A stretch of DNA of 64,000 nucleotides from an uncultured Hyphomicrobiales bacterium (GTDB lineage: Bacteria; Bacteroidota; Ignavibacteria; Kapaibacteriales; UBA2268): contig CAYYIP010000003.1 of assembly GCA_964472015.1 (NCBI GenBank), positions 37,957-101,956 on the forward strand, read 5' to 3'. Position numbers and translations under genes: made by a program. Positions 10,747-21,965 of the stretch are shown here, one piece after another. Numbering within the stretch: the stretch's first letter is position 1; each line of letters starts with the position of its first letter. The notes below the pieces were generated by a model that searched no databases, had not been told where the DNA came from, and saw only the letters and a list, made by a program, of their open reading frames with translations.

Positions 10747-10978
10747 CTAAAATTATTATATAATATTTTAATATATTAATTTGTTTAATATATTAATTAT
10801 ATTAAATGTTTAAACTACTATTTTTAAAGATAAGTTATATATATTTTATAGTTTGTTAATCTTAAAAATAATATATAACTTTAAAAGGCTATTAATTTTA
10901 TAATTTAAATAATTATAAATATAAAATTATAATTTAATATAGTCTATTTTATTATGTTTTATATAAATCTTTATAATA

Positions 10979-12925
10979 ATGAATTCGATAATTATAATAT
11001 ATCTTAAAAAAAATATAAAGTTTTTATTTATACTCTCTTTATTATTATACATTTCTTTTAATTCCATATATATTTATTCTTTTGAAAAAGATACTACTTT
11101 TTCAGGATATTCTATTTGTTCAGATATTAATGCAGGTATTGTATTTCATAATTCTAATTTTTTTACATTGCCAGGAATTATAAATTGTTGTGATATAGAT
11201 AATATTGTTTTTGATCATGCTAATGGTTTAAATTATTCTTTTATGGTAGGCCTTTCTAAATATAATGATATATTCAATGGAATATTTACATCATTAAATT
11301 TAGGTTTTAATAACATAAAAGGAAATTATGTAGAAAAAGCTAAGATAGGGAACTGGATTGACGGAGATTATATTGCCGATATTATTTCAGAACAAATATT
11401 AAATGTATCTTTTTATAATGTATCAATAGTTCCTTCGTTAGATATATTTTTATTTGATAGATATAAAATTCCTTTATCAGTGAGATTTGGTCCTGAAATT
11501 GGATTTGTTGTATTCAATAATTATAATATGTATGAACAATTATTAAATCCACCAGAGGCTTATTTTGAAAATATGAAAAAAATAAGAAATGAAAATTCAG
11601 GTAGTATTAAGGATATAAATTCTGTTTTATTTTTCTTAACAGGTGGAATTAACTATGAATTGTTTTCATTGAATAATATAAAATTATCATCTTCTTTATT
11701 ATTTTCTTATTGTTTTTCCAATATTGTAAAAAATGTAGAATGGAAATTTCATAAAATTAATTTAGGAATGAATCTTAGATATGATATACCTAAAAATATT
11801 ACTGTAATTGACGAGCCTATTTTACCTAAGTTACCATTATTAATAGTGCCAAAAACTAATAATTTAGAATTGAATACAATAGTTTATTGCAGAAAAAGTA
11901 AAGAAACAGAAAAAGAAATTTATAATAATTCTACAATTGAAATACCGGTTATTGTTGAAAAAAATATATATACAAATACTGTAATACCTATTATTTTGTT
12001 TGAAAATAATACAGCAAATATATTACAAGGATATGATAAAAAAATATTTGATAATGTTAAGAAAAGTAATGAAATAAATGTTGTTATTGGTTTAGCATTT
12101 AATGAAAAACAAAATTTATTTTTAGAAAGAGAAAAGGCTATAAAAGCTTTATTATATAAAAATAATATAGATACTTCTAACATTATTTTTACGCTACAAT
12201 CACATAAAAAACAAAGATATAACGACATTGATGAAGAAAAATCTTTTGCTAAATTTATTGTGGAACCAATCTTATATGAAGTAGAAACAAAAACAGATAT
12301 GAGTAATATATCAGCAAAAGAATTAATAATAAAGTCTTATATTGATATAGAAGAAACAATACCATATAATTATTCAGTCGATTATAAAATAGGAGATGAT
12401 AAATATAATAGTTCTGATGAAACATTAGTTTTAATTTTGAATGAAAATACTTTAAAATGGCAGAATAATATAGAAAATCGTGAAATTGATATAAATATAC
12501 AAGTTACTGATATTGAACAAAAAGTTAAAAATAAAAAATTTCATTTTAATGTTGTACCTAATATACAATATAATAAGTATATAAATACAGATAAACATAG
12601 CGGATTTTTAAAAGAATATATTATAGGTTTTTTTGATTTTGATAATGATGACTTTATATATGTTTCTAATGATATAATAAATGAAATAGAAATTTTGTTA
12701 GAAGAAGGATATAAAGTCGCATTGTTTGGATGTACTGATCATTTAGGAAGTAATGAATATAATGAGCAACTTGCTAAAAAACGTGCTATTAAAGCAAAAC
12801 TTTTATTTGATGATAAATATAAAGATAATATTATAATAGAAGATATTGATAAAAAAAATATAAATTTAATTAATCCATATATTAGAATATATAGTAGGGT
12901 TGTTTTTGCACGTATTTTTAAATAA
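10979..12925 (+). CDS. OmpA family outer-membrane protein (large N-terminal beta-rich domain plus OmpA_C peptidoglycan-binding domain)
   Basis: C-terminus ALFGCTDHLGSNEYNEQLAKKRA matches the OmpA_C consensus (GHTDxxGSxxYNxxLSxxRA). Signal-peptide-like N-terminus. Confidence 0.7.
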   Translation: MNSIIIIYLKKNIKFLFILSLLLYISFNSIYIYSFEKDTTFSGYSICSDINAGIVFHNSNFFTLPGIINCCDIDNIVFDHANGLNYSFMVGLSKYNDIFNGIFTSLNLGFNNIKGNYVEKAKIGNWIDGDYIADIISEQILNVSFYNVSIVPSLDIFLFDRYKIPLSVRFGPEIGFVVFNNYNMYEQLLNPPEAYFENMKKIRNENSGSIKDINSVLFFLTGGINYELFSLNNIKLSSSLLFSYCFSNIVKNVEWKFHKINLGMNLRYDIPKNITVIDEPILPKLPLLIVPKTNNLELNTIVYCRKSKETEKEIYNNSTIEIPVIVEKNIYTNTVIPIILFENNTANILQGYDKKIFDNVKKSNEINVVIGLAFNEKQNLFLEREKAIKALLYKNNIDTSNIIFTLQSHKKQRYNDIDEEKSFAKFIVEPILYEVETKTDMSNISAKELIIKSYIDIEETIPYNYSVDYKIGDDKYNSSDETLVLILNENTLKWQNNIENREIDINIQVTDIEQKVKNKKFHFNVVPNIQYNKYINTDKHSGFLKEYIIGFFDFDNDDFIYVSNDIINEIEILLEEGYKVALFGCTDHLGSNEYNEQLAKKRAIKAKLLFDDKYKDNIIIEDIDKKNINLINPYIRIYSRVVFARIFK

Positions 12926-13049
12926 TAATTATTTATAATTAAAACACTATTTTTTATTATTCTATATTTTATATATAGGTTATTATAAATTAAAAATAGA
13001 TGAAATTTTAAAAATTATTAAAAAACAATAATATTATTTAATATTTCTT

Positions 13050-13703
13050 CTATTTAATATTTATTCTTTCATAAGATCCATTTGAGTATATAATTAAAAT
13101 ACTATTTTTGCCATTAAAATATTTACCACCTGGGTGAGAACTTGTCCAATCAAGATTTAACCAATATTCATTTTCATTTTCTTCATTTTTGTAAATTTTA
13201 TAATTTATAGTATTATCATTATATCTATAAGATATTGACTTTAATATGTCTTTAGTTAATTCTTCACTATTTCCAATATATAATTCAGGATAAACGTGAC
13301 CAGATTGATTGTTTTTTCCGTTTACACAAACGATTCTTGCAGTTCCGCCTATTGCTTGTACTAATGCAGTCATCAATATAGCATAGTCGTCACAATCGCC
13401 TCGCCATGATTTTATTGTTTCACTTGCAGGTGCTAAATAACTAGATTGTGAATTAGGGTCATTTATATATATCCATTTTTTATATACACTATCATATATA
13501 TCACATACTTGATATATATTGTAGTTTCCACCATTTTTAGTCGATACAAAAGAAATAGCAGTATTTCTTACTTCTGATGTTTTATAATCTATTGCTTCAG
13601 AAAATTTTTCTGCCAATAATTGATCCATTAGGTTATCACAAAATATCGGAATATTACTAAAGAATATAATTATGATTATTATAAAAATTATAAAATTTTT
13701 CAT
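13050..13703 (-). CDS. transglutaminase-like cysteine protease superfamily protein, secreted
   Basis: Signal peptide. Cys-His-Asp core: WRGDCDDYAILMTALVQAIG, SGHVYPE, NLDWT. Confidence 0.6.
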   Translation of the reverse strand: MKNFIIFIIIIIIFFSNIPIFCDNLMDQLLAEKFSEAIDYKTSEVRNTAISFVSTKNGGNYNIYQVCDIYDSVYKKWIYINDPNSQSSYLAPASETIKSWRGDCDDYAILMTALVQAIGGTARIVCVNGKNNQSGHVYPELYIGNSEELTKDILKSISYRYNDNTINYKIYKNEENENEYWLNLDWTSSHPGGKYFNGKNSILIIYSNGSYERINIK

Positions 13704-13733
13704 ATTAATTTTTTCTCGTATTTAATATTAGAT

Positions 13734-14669
13734 TTAGTTTTTAATAGTTTTTGTAGGATTTATATTTTTTAATTTTATATTATATTTTTTAAACCATAAG
13801 AACTGTGATAGTTCTGCCGAAAATAATAGTAAGAAACAAGAATAATATAACCATACAGCAAACATAATAAGTACTGCATATGTTCCATAAAATCTTGTAT
13901 AATTAGCTAAATATGATACATAAAATGTAAATATATTTCTTGAAATTTCTGTTAGTATCATTGCTATTATTGTTGTATTTAGTATTAATTTTTTAGGGAT
14001 ATTTTTTGCACCATAAGGAACAATTCCATAAATAAAATAAAATACAATAAAAGAAATAACTAATGGTGACAAAATAATTATTAAGTTAGTAAAAAAACCA
14101 CTTAAAAAATCTGGGAATATAGTATTTATGTATTCTTTTACAAAATTGAATATAGGTAAAAATATACTATATCCTAAAATAAATATTGTTATCAATATTA
14201 TTATTCCTAAGTCTTTTAATTTATTATAAATATATGAGCTTTGTGTAATGTTAAAAATTATGCTAAGACAAGAATTTAAAGTACTTATTACAGTTGATGA
14301 TATCCATAATAAAGCAATAAATCCTATAATTCCGGCAGTTGTCGCACCACTAGCTATATGTTGTACCTCTGTTATTATTTTATAAATTATTTCTTGATTA
14401 TATGTTGTATCAGGGAAGAATTCAACTAAAGTATCGTTTATAAGAGTTAATAAATTATCAGGTTTAAAAAATACACTAATTAGATAAATAGTTATTAATA
14501 TAAGCGGGATTATATATAATAAAATATTAAAGGCTAGTCCTGCAGCTAATAAAAATATATGATTAGAACTTATTCTATCCAATAAATATTCTATTTGAGA
14601 ATATTTTTTATTATAAATATTTAAAATTTTGTCTTTATAAATTATAAATTTATTTTTATTATGAGCCAT
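13734..14669 (-). CDS. YihY/BrkB family inner-membrane protein
   Basis: Polytopic membrane protein with the YihY-type conserved stretch (GIVPYGAKNIPKK, LLFSAELSQF). Confidence 0.6.
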   Translation of the reverse strand: MAHNKNKFIIYKDKILNIYNKKYSQIEYLLDRISSNHIFLLAAGLAFNILLYIIPLILITIYLISVFFKPDNLLTLINDTLVEFFPDTTYNQEIIYKIITEVQHIASGATTAGIIGFIALLWISSTVISTLNSCLSIIFNITQSSYIYNKLKDLGIIILITIFILGYSIFLPIFNFVKEYINTIFPDFLSGFFTNLIIILSPLVISFIVFYFIYGIVPYGAKNIPKKLILNTTIIAMILTEISRNIFTFYVSYLANYTRFYGTYAVLIMFAVWLYYSCFLLLFSAELSQFLWFKKYNIKLKNINPTKTIKN

Positions 14670-14734
14670 ATTAACAACCTACTTAATTATTTTGATATTA
14701 TTATGAATATTTAATATAATATCTTAAATTACAA

Positions 14735-16243
14735 TTATTTTTTTATTATTTTAAAACCATCTTTTGTATCTAATATATTATATCCTAATGAAATAACTTC
14801 ATTTCTTAGTCTATCTGCTTCTACATAATTTTTATTTTTCTTAGCTATTATTCTTTGATTGGCTAATTCTATAATATTTAACGGGATTTCAATTTTTGTT
14901 TCAATTTTGTTTTCAAAATTCCAAACTCCAAAAATATTATTTAATATTTTAAGTAGATATATAAAATTTATTTTTTCTTCTTTAGTTAATGTGTTAGCTT
15001 TATTATTATTTATGAATGTAAATAAAATAGAAAGTGCTTTTGGAGTATGAAAATCATTTATTAATTCTGTAAATATTGCATTACTTATTTGTTTTATTTT
15101 TTCAGTTTCTATTTGTGTAGTTTTTATAGAATTATTGGTTATATTTTCTATTATAAGTTTATCTAAGTTGTTTATTATAGAATAAATATATTCTTGTATA
15201 CGATTTCTTGCTTTTTTAGCAGCTTCTATTCCATTAAATGTAAAATTATATTTTGTACGATAATGTGCAGAAAGCATTGAAAATCGTACATCTAAAATGT
15301 TTATATTTCTTTTTTCTAAGTCTCTTATTGTAAAGAAGTTTCCAGCAGATTTGCTCATTTTTTCTCCTTCAACTTCTAAAAAATCATTATGACACCAATA
15401 ATTAGTTGGTTCAACATCATATCCTGCTTTACTTTGTGCTATTTCATCTTCATGATGTGGGAATTTTAAGTCTATACCGCCTGTATGAATATCAAAAGGT
15501 AATCCTAATAATTTATGTTCCATAGCAGTACATTCTATATGCCATCCTGGTCGTCCGGGGTAATTTTTACCATCAATATAAAAGTTCCAAAAAGGTTCAT
15601 CCGTTTTATATGCTTTCCATAAAACAAAATCACTAACTTGTTCTCGTTCATACTGGTCACTATCTATGCGCATTCCCGGTTTAAAATTTTCAAAATCTAT
15701 TTTAAATAATTTTCCATATATGTTATTTTTACGATATTCAGTGACATTAAAATAAATAGAACCTTCTGAAATATATGCAAACCCTTTATCTAATATACTT
15801 TTTATTAAATATTGCATTTCTTCTATGTATTCCGTTGCACGAGGCATAGCAAAAAAGTCTTTTTTATTTATTCCTAATTTATTTATATCAATAATAAAAG
15901 CATCTTCATAGTATTTAGTTAAACTAAGTAAATCTTCAATAGAATTACCAGTTTGTATTCCCATTTCCGGCAACCATGCATTACTATTTTTTTTACTATT
16001 ATTTATAGTTTTATCATCAATATTAGTAATATTCATTACCCATTGTATTTTATAATTAGCTATATGTTTTAATATTTTTTGTAATAAGTCAGCAAATAAG
16101 AAAGCACGCATATTTCCTATATGTGCATAATTATATACGGTTGGTCCACAAGAATATATTTTTACTAAGTTTTCGTTTATAGGTATAAATTTTTCAATTT
16201 TACGTGTAATAGAATTATATAATTTTACTTCCATTTTTTTCAT
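14735..16243 (-). CDS. cysS: cysteine--tRNA ligase
   Basis: HIGN motif (CGPTVYNYAHIGNMRAF), KMSKS motif (KMSKSAGN), zinc-binding Cys/His residues; class I aaRS. Confidence 0.9.
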   Translation of the reverse strand: MKKMEVKLYNSITRKIEKFIPINENLVKIYSCGPTVYNYAHIGNMRAFLFADLLQKILKHIANYKIQWVMNITNIDDKTINNSKKNSNAWLPEMGIQTGNSIEDLLSLTKYYEDAFIIDINKLGINKKDFFAMPRATEYIEEMQYLIKSILDKGFAYISEGSIYFNVTEYRKNNIYGKLFKIDFENFKPGMRIDSDQYEREQVSDFVLWKAYKTDEPFWNFYIDGKNYPGRPGWHIECTAMEHKLLGLPFDIHTGGIDLKFPHHEDEIAQSKAGYDVEPTNYWCHNDFLEVEGEKMSKSAGNFFTIRDLEKRNINILDVRFSMLSAHYRTKYNFTFNGIEAAKKARNRIQEYIYSIINNLDKLIIENITNNSIKTTQIETEKIKQISNAIFTELINDFHTPKALSILFTFINNNKANTLTKEEKINFIYLLKILNNIFGVWNFENKIETKIEIPLNIIELANQRIIAKKNKNYVEADRLRNEVISLGYNILDTKDGFKIIKK

Positions 16244-16275
16244 AATAATTTTGATTTTATAATATTTTATTTTTA

Positions 16276-16890
16276 TTATATTTTTGTTATTTCTATTAAT
16301 TTTCTTCTTAATAATTCTATTGGTAAGCCAATTACATTATTATAGCAGCCTTCTATTTTTTTTACAAATAGTGAACCATAGTCATCTTGTATACCATAAC
16401 TTCCTGCTTTATCTAGTGTTTTTCCTCCAGATATATATTCTAATATTTCATTTTCTTCTAGTTTTCTAAAATACACACAAGTTCTTGAATAATCAGTTAT
16501 TATTTTTTTATTTTTTGTATTTATTAATGCAATTCCAGTATATACAAAATGATAAGTGTTGCTTAACTTAATTAACATTTGAAAAGCTTCATCTTCATTT
16601 TTTGGTTTATTTATAGTTTTATTGTTAAGAACAACTATTGTGTCAGCTCCAATTATTAATGTTGGTGTTTCTGTATTTTTAAGTATTTCTTTTTTAACTT
16701 TGTTAGCTTTTTTTAAAGCTAATGTTTGAGCATATTTAGCAGGTGATAATTTTAATTCAATATTTTCATTAATGTTAGCAGGAATAGCCTTAAAATTTAA
16801 ATTTAATGATTTTAATAAGTTTATACGTCTTTGAGATTGTGATGCTAATAAAATATCATAATTTTTTAGTATATTTATAAATGTATTCAT
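16276..16890 (-). CDS. maf: Maf-like nucleoside triphosphate pyrophosphatase
   Basis: LLASQSQRRINLL at the N-terminus, ~200 aa; Maf/Ham1 family. Confidence 0.85.
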   Translation of the reverse strand: MNTFINILKNYDILLASQSQRRINLLKSLNLNFKAIPANINENIELKLSPAKYAQTLALKKANKVKKEILKNTETPTLIIGADTIVVLNNKTINKPKNEDEAFQMLIKLSNTYHFVYTGIALINTKNKKIITDYSRTCVYFRKLEENEILEYISGGKTLDKAGSYGIQDDYGSLFVKKIEGCYNNVIGLPIELLRRKLIEITKI

Positions 16891-17085
16891 ATTAATTAAT
16901 TTTTTAAAATATAATTAAGTAAAAAATTATTTTTTACTTAATTTAAAAGGTATTATTTTTGTTTTTATGCATTTAGTTTTTAAAATAAACTGTAATTTTG
17001 AAATATAAAATTTAAGTTTGAAACATAAAAATAAAAAACAAATTTACATTTTTTTTTACATATAACAATATAACGAATTTAAAAA

Positions 17086-18378
17086 ATGGGAAAAAAGAAT
17101 AAATTAAATAAAAAAATATATAATAGCATTTTTTTTATAACAATATTTTTGTTTTTATATATTAATTTATATTCTCAAAAATTACTTATTCAAATGGATA
17201 TTTCACAAACAAACCATTTAAAAGCATATGGTATTGTTTTTTGGTCTTTAGAGAAAGGAGATATTTGGGATTGGTTATTAAACTATCGTGGCGGATCTTT
17301 TATGACAGATTATCAACAACATATAGTTAATGAATGTAGAATTAGAGGTATAGATTTTCAAACTATAACAGATGATGAAGCTTATAAAATATATTCAATG
17401 ATACAGTCGGAAGGAGTAAATATGGATGTTGTTAAATTAGAGAAAGCACCAAAAATAGCAGTCTATGTGCAACCTGGTAATGCACCATGGGATGATGCAG
17501 TAAGAATGGTTTTAGAATATGCGGAAGTTAAATATGATGCTATTTGGGATGAAGAAGTATTAAACGATAAACTTTCTAATTATGATTGGTTACATTTACA
17601 TCATGAAGATTTTACTGGACAATATGGTAAATTTTGGGCTAAACATAGACATGAAAATTGGTATATTCAACAAGTTACACTAAATGAAAATACTGCACAA
17701 AAGTTGGGATATAAAAAAGTGTCTGAGATGAAAAAAGCTACTGTTAGAAAAATAAGAGAATTTGTAGCTAATGGTGGTTTTTTATTTGCTATGTGTACTG
17801 CAACAGATACATATGATATTGCCTTATCTGCTGAAGATGTAGATATTTGTGCAGAAATTTATGATGGCGATCAAGCAGATCCAAAATCTAATGACAAATT
17901 AGATTATTCTAAAACAATGGCGTTTGAAAATTATACTGTTTATACAAATCCTATGTATCATCCTTTTTCTGATATAGATGTTGGTGTTCAAAGTGAAATT
18001 GAAAATCAAGATGTTGATTATTTTACTCTTTTTGAATTTTCTGCAAAATATGATCCTATACCTACTATGTTAACACAATGTCATGTTAATGTTATTAAAG
18101 GATTTTTAGGACAAACAACAGCTTTTTATAAAAATAAAATAAAAAAATATGTTAATATATTAGCAGAAAAAGAAGGTACAGATGAAGTAAAATATATTCA
18201 AGGACATATAGGAAGAGGTTTTTTTTGTTGGTATGGTGGACATGATCCTGAAGATTATCAACATTTTCTTGGAGATCCACCTACTAATTTAGAATTATAT
18301 AAGACTTCTCCGGGATATAGACTTATATTAAATAATATATTATTTCCAGCTGCAAAGAAAAAAACACAAAAAACATAG
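17086..18378 (+). CDS. hypothetical protein with signal peptide/anchor and possible class-I glutamine-amidotransferase-like core
   Basis: Hydrophobic N-terminus (IFFITIFLFLYINLYSQ). Motifs KIAVYVQPGNAPWDD and GGFLFAMCTATD are loosely GATase1/DJ-1-like. No confident family assignment. Confidence 0.4.
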   Translation: MGKKNKLNKKIYNSIFFITIFLFLYINLYSQKLLIQMDISQTNHLKAYGIVFWSLEKGDIWDWLLNYRGGSFMTDYQQHIVNECRIRGIDFQTITDDEAYKIYSMIQSEGVNMDVVKLEKAPKIAVYVQPGNAPWDDAVRMVLEYAEVKYDAIWDEEVLNDKLSNYDWLHLHHEDFTGQYGKFWAKHRHENWYIQQVTLNENTAQKLGYKKVSEMKKATVRKIREFVANGGFLFAMCTATDTYDIALSAEDVDICAEIYDGDQADPKSNDKLDYSKTMAFENYTVYTNPMYHPFSDIDVGVQSEIENQDVDYFTLFEFSAKYDPIPTMLTQCHVNVIKGFLGQTTAFYKNKIKKYVNILAEKEGTDEVKYIQGHIGRGFFCWYGGHDPEDYQHFLGDPPTNLELYKTSPGYRLILNNILFPAAKKKTQKT

Positions 18379-18480
18379 ATTATAGATTATATTTATACAA
18401 TTGTTATTATAAGATTAAGTTACAATAATATAATTTAATTATATATTTTTACTTAAAAATATATAAAAATTTATATATAT

Positions 18481-19344
18481 TTGTATTTTGTAATTTTACT
18501 CATAAAATATATGAAAAAAATATTTATAGGGCTAATTATTTTTCTGATATACAGTATTAACAGAGATATATGTTTTGCTAATGTAATTATACAGATACCA
18601 GATACAGTAATTACAAAAGATATCATAACACTTCCTATTAATGGAAGTATAGAGGTAAATAAAAAAACAGGTGATATATTAGAATGTTGTTTTGAATTAA
18701 ATGGAGCTACAACTGATATTATAAGTATCGTAGGTACAGACGAATGTGCTATTATAGATAAAAATATTTCTTTTAGTTTTGATAAAGAAAATAATAAATT
18801 AATATTTTCTACTACTGAATTTAAATCAAATTTTAATGGTATTCTGTTTTACTTAACATTAAATATTTATCCACGTATTGATTTTTATTATAAACATGCT
18901 TCTTTTGTTGAAATTATTCCAACCGAAGTAAGTATTAATAAAAATAAAATTAATTTAACTGCTAAAAAAGGTACAATAAATATTAAAAATATTAATGTTA
19001 AACAAGATTATAGTGAACGTTTTTCTTATGCATTTCCTAATCCATTCTCTTATGAAACTGAATTATATTTCAGTATAGAATCAGAATCTACTTTTAAGTT
19101 GGAAATATATAATTATTATGGCGAACTTATTCAAGTTATTCCTTTAGAAAATAATATATTTAATTTTACTATAATGGATGCTAGTAGAAAAATTATTAAT
19201 TTGACAGAAAATTATAAATTTCAACGTGGATTATATAAAATAATACTTCAGCCTCAAGTAATACTTGCTCAAACAGGTGCTTATAGATTAGTTTTTGATA
19301 TTAATAATAATAGGCATATAGTTAATGTTTCTTTTATTAAATAA
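18481..19344 (+). CDS. secreted protein with probable T9SS type-A C-terminal sorting domain
   Basis: Signal peptide. C-terminal stretch AFPNPFSYETELYFSIESESTFKLEIYNYYGELIQVI resembles the T9SS CTD (PNPF...L.IYD..G..V). Confidence 0.5.
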   Translation: MYFVILLIKYMKKIFIGLIIFLIYSINRDICFANVIIQIPDTVITKDIITLPINGSIEVNKKTGDILECCFELNGATTDIISIVGTDECAIIDKNISFSFDKENNKLIFSTTEFKSNFNGILFYLTLNIYPRIDFYYKHASFVEIIPTEVSINKNKINLTAKKGTINIKNINVKQDYSERFSYAFPNPFSYETELYFSIESESTFKLEIYNYYGELIQVIPLENNIFNFTIMDASRKIINLTENYKFQRGLYKIILQPQVILAQTGAYRLVFDINNNRHIVNVSFIK

Positions 19345-19408
19345 TATTTATATTTGAGAAATATAATAAAGTATAAAAATATATAATTAATATAAAATTA
19401 TAGTTAAA

Positions 19409-21874
19409 ATGAAAAAAAGATTTTTAATAAATAATAAATTTTTAATAAATAATAATAGAATAAAATTTATAAGTATATTTTTTTTATTTATAATAGGTTT
19501 TAATTATAACTTATTAAATGCACAAAATACTAACAATGATTCTGTCGTTGATAATGTAAGTAAAATTCAGCAACAAAAGTTATATCAAATTAATAAAAAT
19601 GTAGAAGGACGTGAGTTTTGGTTATGTTTTATGATTAATTATTTTGATGATTTCATAAAAAAAAGGAATAGAGATATTGATTTACAATTATTTATTACAG
19701 GAGAATATGATGCAACAGTTACAATTGAATTTTCTAAGATTGGATATAAAGAAATTATTGAATTAAAAGGAGGACAGGTTGTATCTGTTAAGATAGATAA
19801 ACTTGCGCAAGTTACTGAATTTGGAACGGTAGAATCAGAACAAGCTGTACATATAACTTCTACACAACCTATAACTGTTTATGGATTGAATAGACGTTCT
19901 CAAACAACTGATACATTTTTAGGATATCCGGTTGAAGTTCTTGGTACTGAATATATGGTAATGAGTTATTTAAGCTTTGATTCAAAATTACTTTCTATAT
20001 TTTCTATTGTTGCCACCGAAGATAATACGGAGGTTGAAATAATTCCTACAGTTAGAACATCTAATAATAAACAAGCAGGGGAACCTTTTATTGTTACAAT
20101 GAATAAAGGAGATGTATATCAATGTGCTGGTATGTATCGTCCAAGAGATCCAAATTATTCTGACTTAACGGGTACAACTATAAAATCAAATAAAAAAATA
20201 GCAGTATTTAGTGGACATCAATGTGCTAATGTTCCTACTATTCAAGTTATGGCTTGTAATCATTTAGTTGAACAGATGCCACCTGTACAAACTTGGGGAA
20301 AACATTTTTATCTTGGGAAATTAAAAATGAGGTCAAAGTATACGTATAGAGTTCTTGCTTCAAATGATAGTACTAGAGTTTTTTGTGATACTGCTTTAAT
20401 TGCTGTTTTAATGAAAGGACAGTATGTTCAAAGAGATGCAACCGAACATATTCAAATTACTGCTGATAAGCCTGTGCTTGTTGCTCAGTATTCACCGGGG
20501 TTAGCTATAGGTGACGGATTAGGTGATCCTATGATGATACTTGTTAGTCCAACACAACAATTTTTAAATAAATATAGATTTGCTACTCCTGTAAATGGTA
20601 ATTGGTATCATTTAATTAATGTTATGGTTCCTACTAAAGCAATTAGTACTTTCAGAGTTAATGGGCTTCCTATAGAAAAAAAGTTATTTGAAAAACTTGG
20701 TGTAAGTAGATTTTCTACTGCTAGTATTAAATTATCATATGGCTCACATACGGTAGAATGCTCGCAACCATTTGGATTATATTCTTATGGTTTTGGATTT
20801 GGTGACGGAACTGATGCTTATGATGCTTATGGAACTATGGGAGGACAATCTTTTATTGAATATGAACCTGCTATTGATAGTATTCCGCCTGTTGCTGAAT
20901 TATTTAGACGGAACAAATATGGTGCGATTTTATTAAGTGATGATGGTTCTGATGATACGGGTATTTTAGATATAACTGTTGTTGAAGTAAAAAATATGAA
21001 AGTTAATATTCCTAACTTTGTACCTGCCGCACCTTCGGTTTTTGTTGATATCGTTCCAGAAAATACTAATAGTGCTGGTAAATTAATTCTTAGTGCTAAA
21101 GATGTTGCAAGAAATGAAGTATTTTATACTATTTGTTATGTATTTGATAATACTGCTTTAGAATATGATTATATAATACAAAAAGGTAGTAATATAGAAT
21201 GTGAAACAACTGAAACTATCCAGTTAGGATTATTTTATAATTTATCTTATAATTATTATTCTTCAAAATTTAATAAAACTGATAATATAAATAGTATAAA
21301 TAAATTTGATGGTATTTTTAATAAAAGTGGTATATTAGGCGTTTCAGTTTCAAGACATTTATTTGGAAAATTTAATGGAATCGCTAAATTAATTTTACAA
21401 ACAAATAATGCTGAATTTAATAGTATTGATTCTATAAAAAGATTTGTTATTGATAGTATTTCTAATAATTATGTACCTTATTTTGAAGGTTATTCTATTA
21501 ATATAAAAAATTTGAATTTGAATTTAGATTTGGGACTTGATTATAGAATATCTGAATATTTTTACTTATCAACTGGTGTTGTATGTAGATATGCTTTATC
21601 AAAGAAAGCAGAGAATAGTAAAGTAATATTTTTCCCGCCCGGTTATGTTTATGATAATAATAAATATAAGGAAATTATTTCAAATGAATTAAATTCTATT
21701 TCTAATTTTAATTTTGGAATTTATATTGGACTAGGATTTATTTGTAATATAGGATATAGAATAAGTCTTTTTACAGATATAAATTATTATTACTTACCAT
21801 TTTCTCAATTAAATGATGCAGATTTATTTTTAAATCAAATAAACTTAAAAATAGGATTAAAATATAGCTTGTAA
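19409..21874 (+). CDS. IgGFc-binding-protein N-terminal-domain protein with C-terminal predicted outer-membrane beta-barrel
   Basis: Signal peptide. GREFWLCFMINYFDD is the characteristic start of the IgGFc_binding N-domain. The last ~250 aa is N/Y/S-rich with alternating hydrophobics and ends ...LKIGLKYSL, i.e. OMP beta-barrel-like. Confidence 0.5.
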   Translation: MKKRFLINNKFLINNNRIKFISIFFLFIIGFNYNLLNAQNTNNDSVVDNVSKIQQQKLYQINKNVEGREFWLCFMINYFDDFIKKRNRDIDLQLFITGEYDATVTIEFSKIGYKEIIELKGGQVVSVKIDKLAQVTEFGTVESEQAVHITSTQPITVYGLNRRSQTTDTFLGYPVEVLGTEYMVMSYLSFDSKLLSIFSIVATEDNTEVEIIPTVRTSNNKQAGEPFIVTMNKGDVYQCAGMYRPRDPNYSDLTGTTIKSNKKIAVFSGHQCANVPTIQVMACNHLVEQMPPVQTWGKHFYLGKLKMRSKYTYRVLASNDSTRVFCDTALIAVLMKGQYVQRDATEHIQITADKPVLVAQYSPGLAIGDGLGDPMMILVSPTQQFLNKYRFATPVNGNWYHLINVMVPTKAISTFRVNGLPIEKKLFEKLGVSRFSTASIKLSYGSHTVECSQPFGLYSYGFGFGDGTDAYDAYGTMGGQSFIEYEPAIDSIPPVAELFRRNKYGAILLSDDGSDDTGILDITVVEVKNMKVNIPNFVPAAPSVFVDIVPENTNSAGKLILSAKDVARNEVFYTICYVFDNTALEYDYIIQKGSNIECETTETIQLGLFYNLSYNYYSSKFNKTDNINSINKFDGIFNKSGILGVSVSRHLFGKFNGIAKLILQTNNAEFNSIDSIKRFVIDSISNNYVPYFEGYSINIKNLNLNLDLGLDYRISEYFYLSTGVVCRYALSKKAENSKVIFFPPGYVYDNNKYKEIISNELNSISNFNFGIYIGLGFICNIGYRISLFTDINYYYLPFSQLNDADLFLNQINLKIGLKYSL

Positions 21875-21931
21875 TTTATTTATTTTATTGATGCTTGATA
21901 TTATAACATATATTAAATATGTAATTAAGAG

Positions 21932-21965
21932 AAAGAACCTAATTTAGGTTCTTTTTCTTTTTTTT
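21932..21965 (+). terminator. rho-independent terminator (agaacct-loop-aggttct followed by a T-run)
   Basis: Stem 21934-21940 / 21946-21952 followed by ttttcttttttttt. The stem sequence is related to the terminators after both duplicated genes. Confidence 0.6.
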
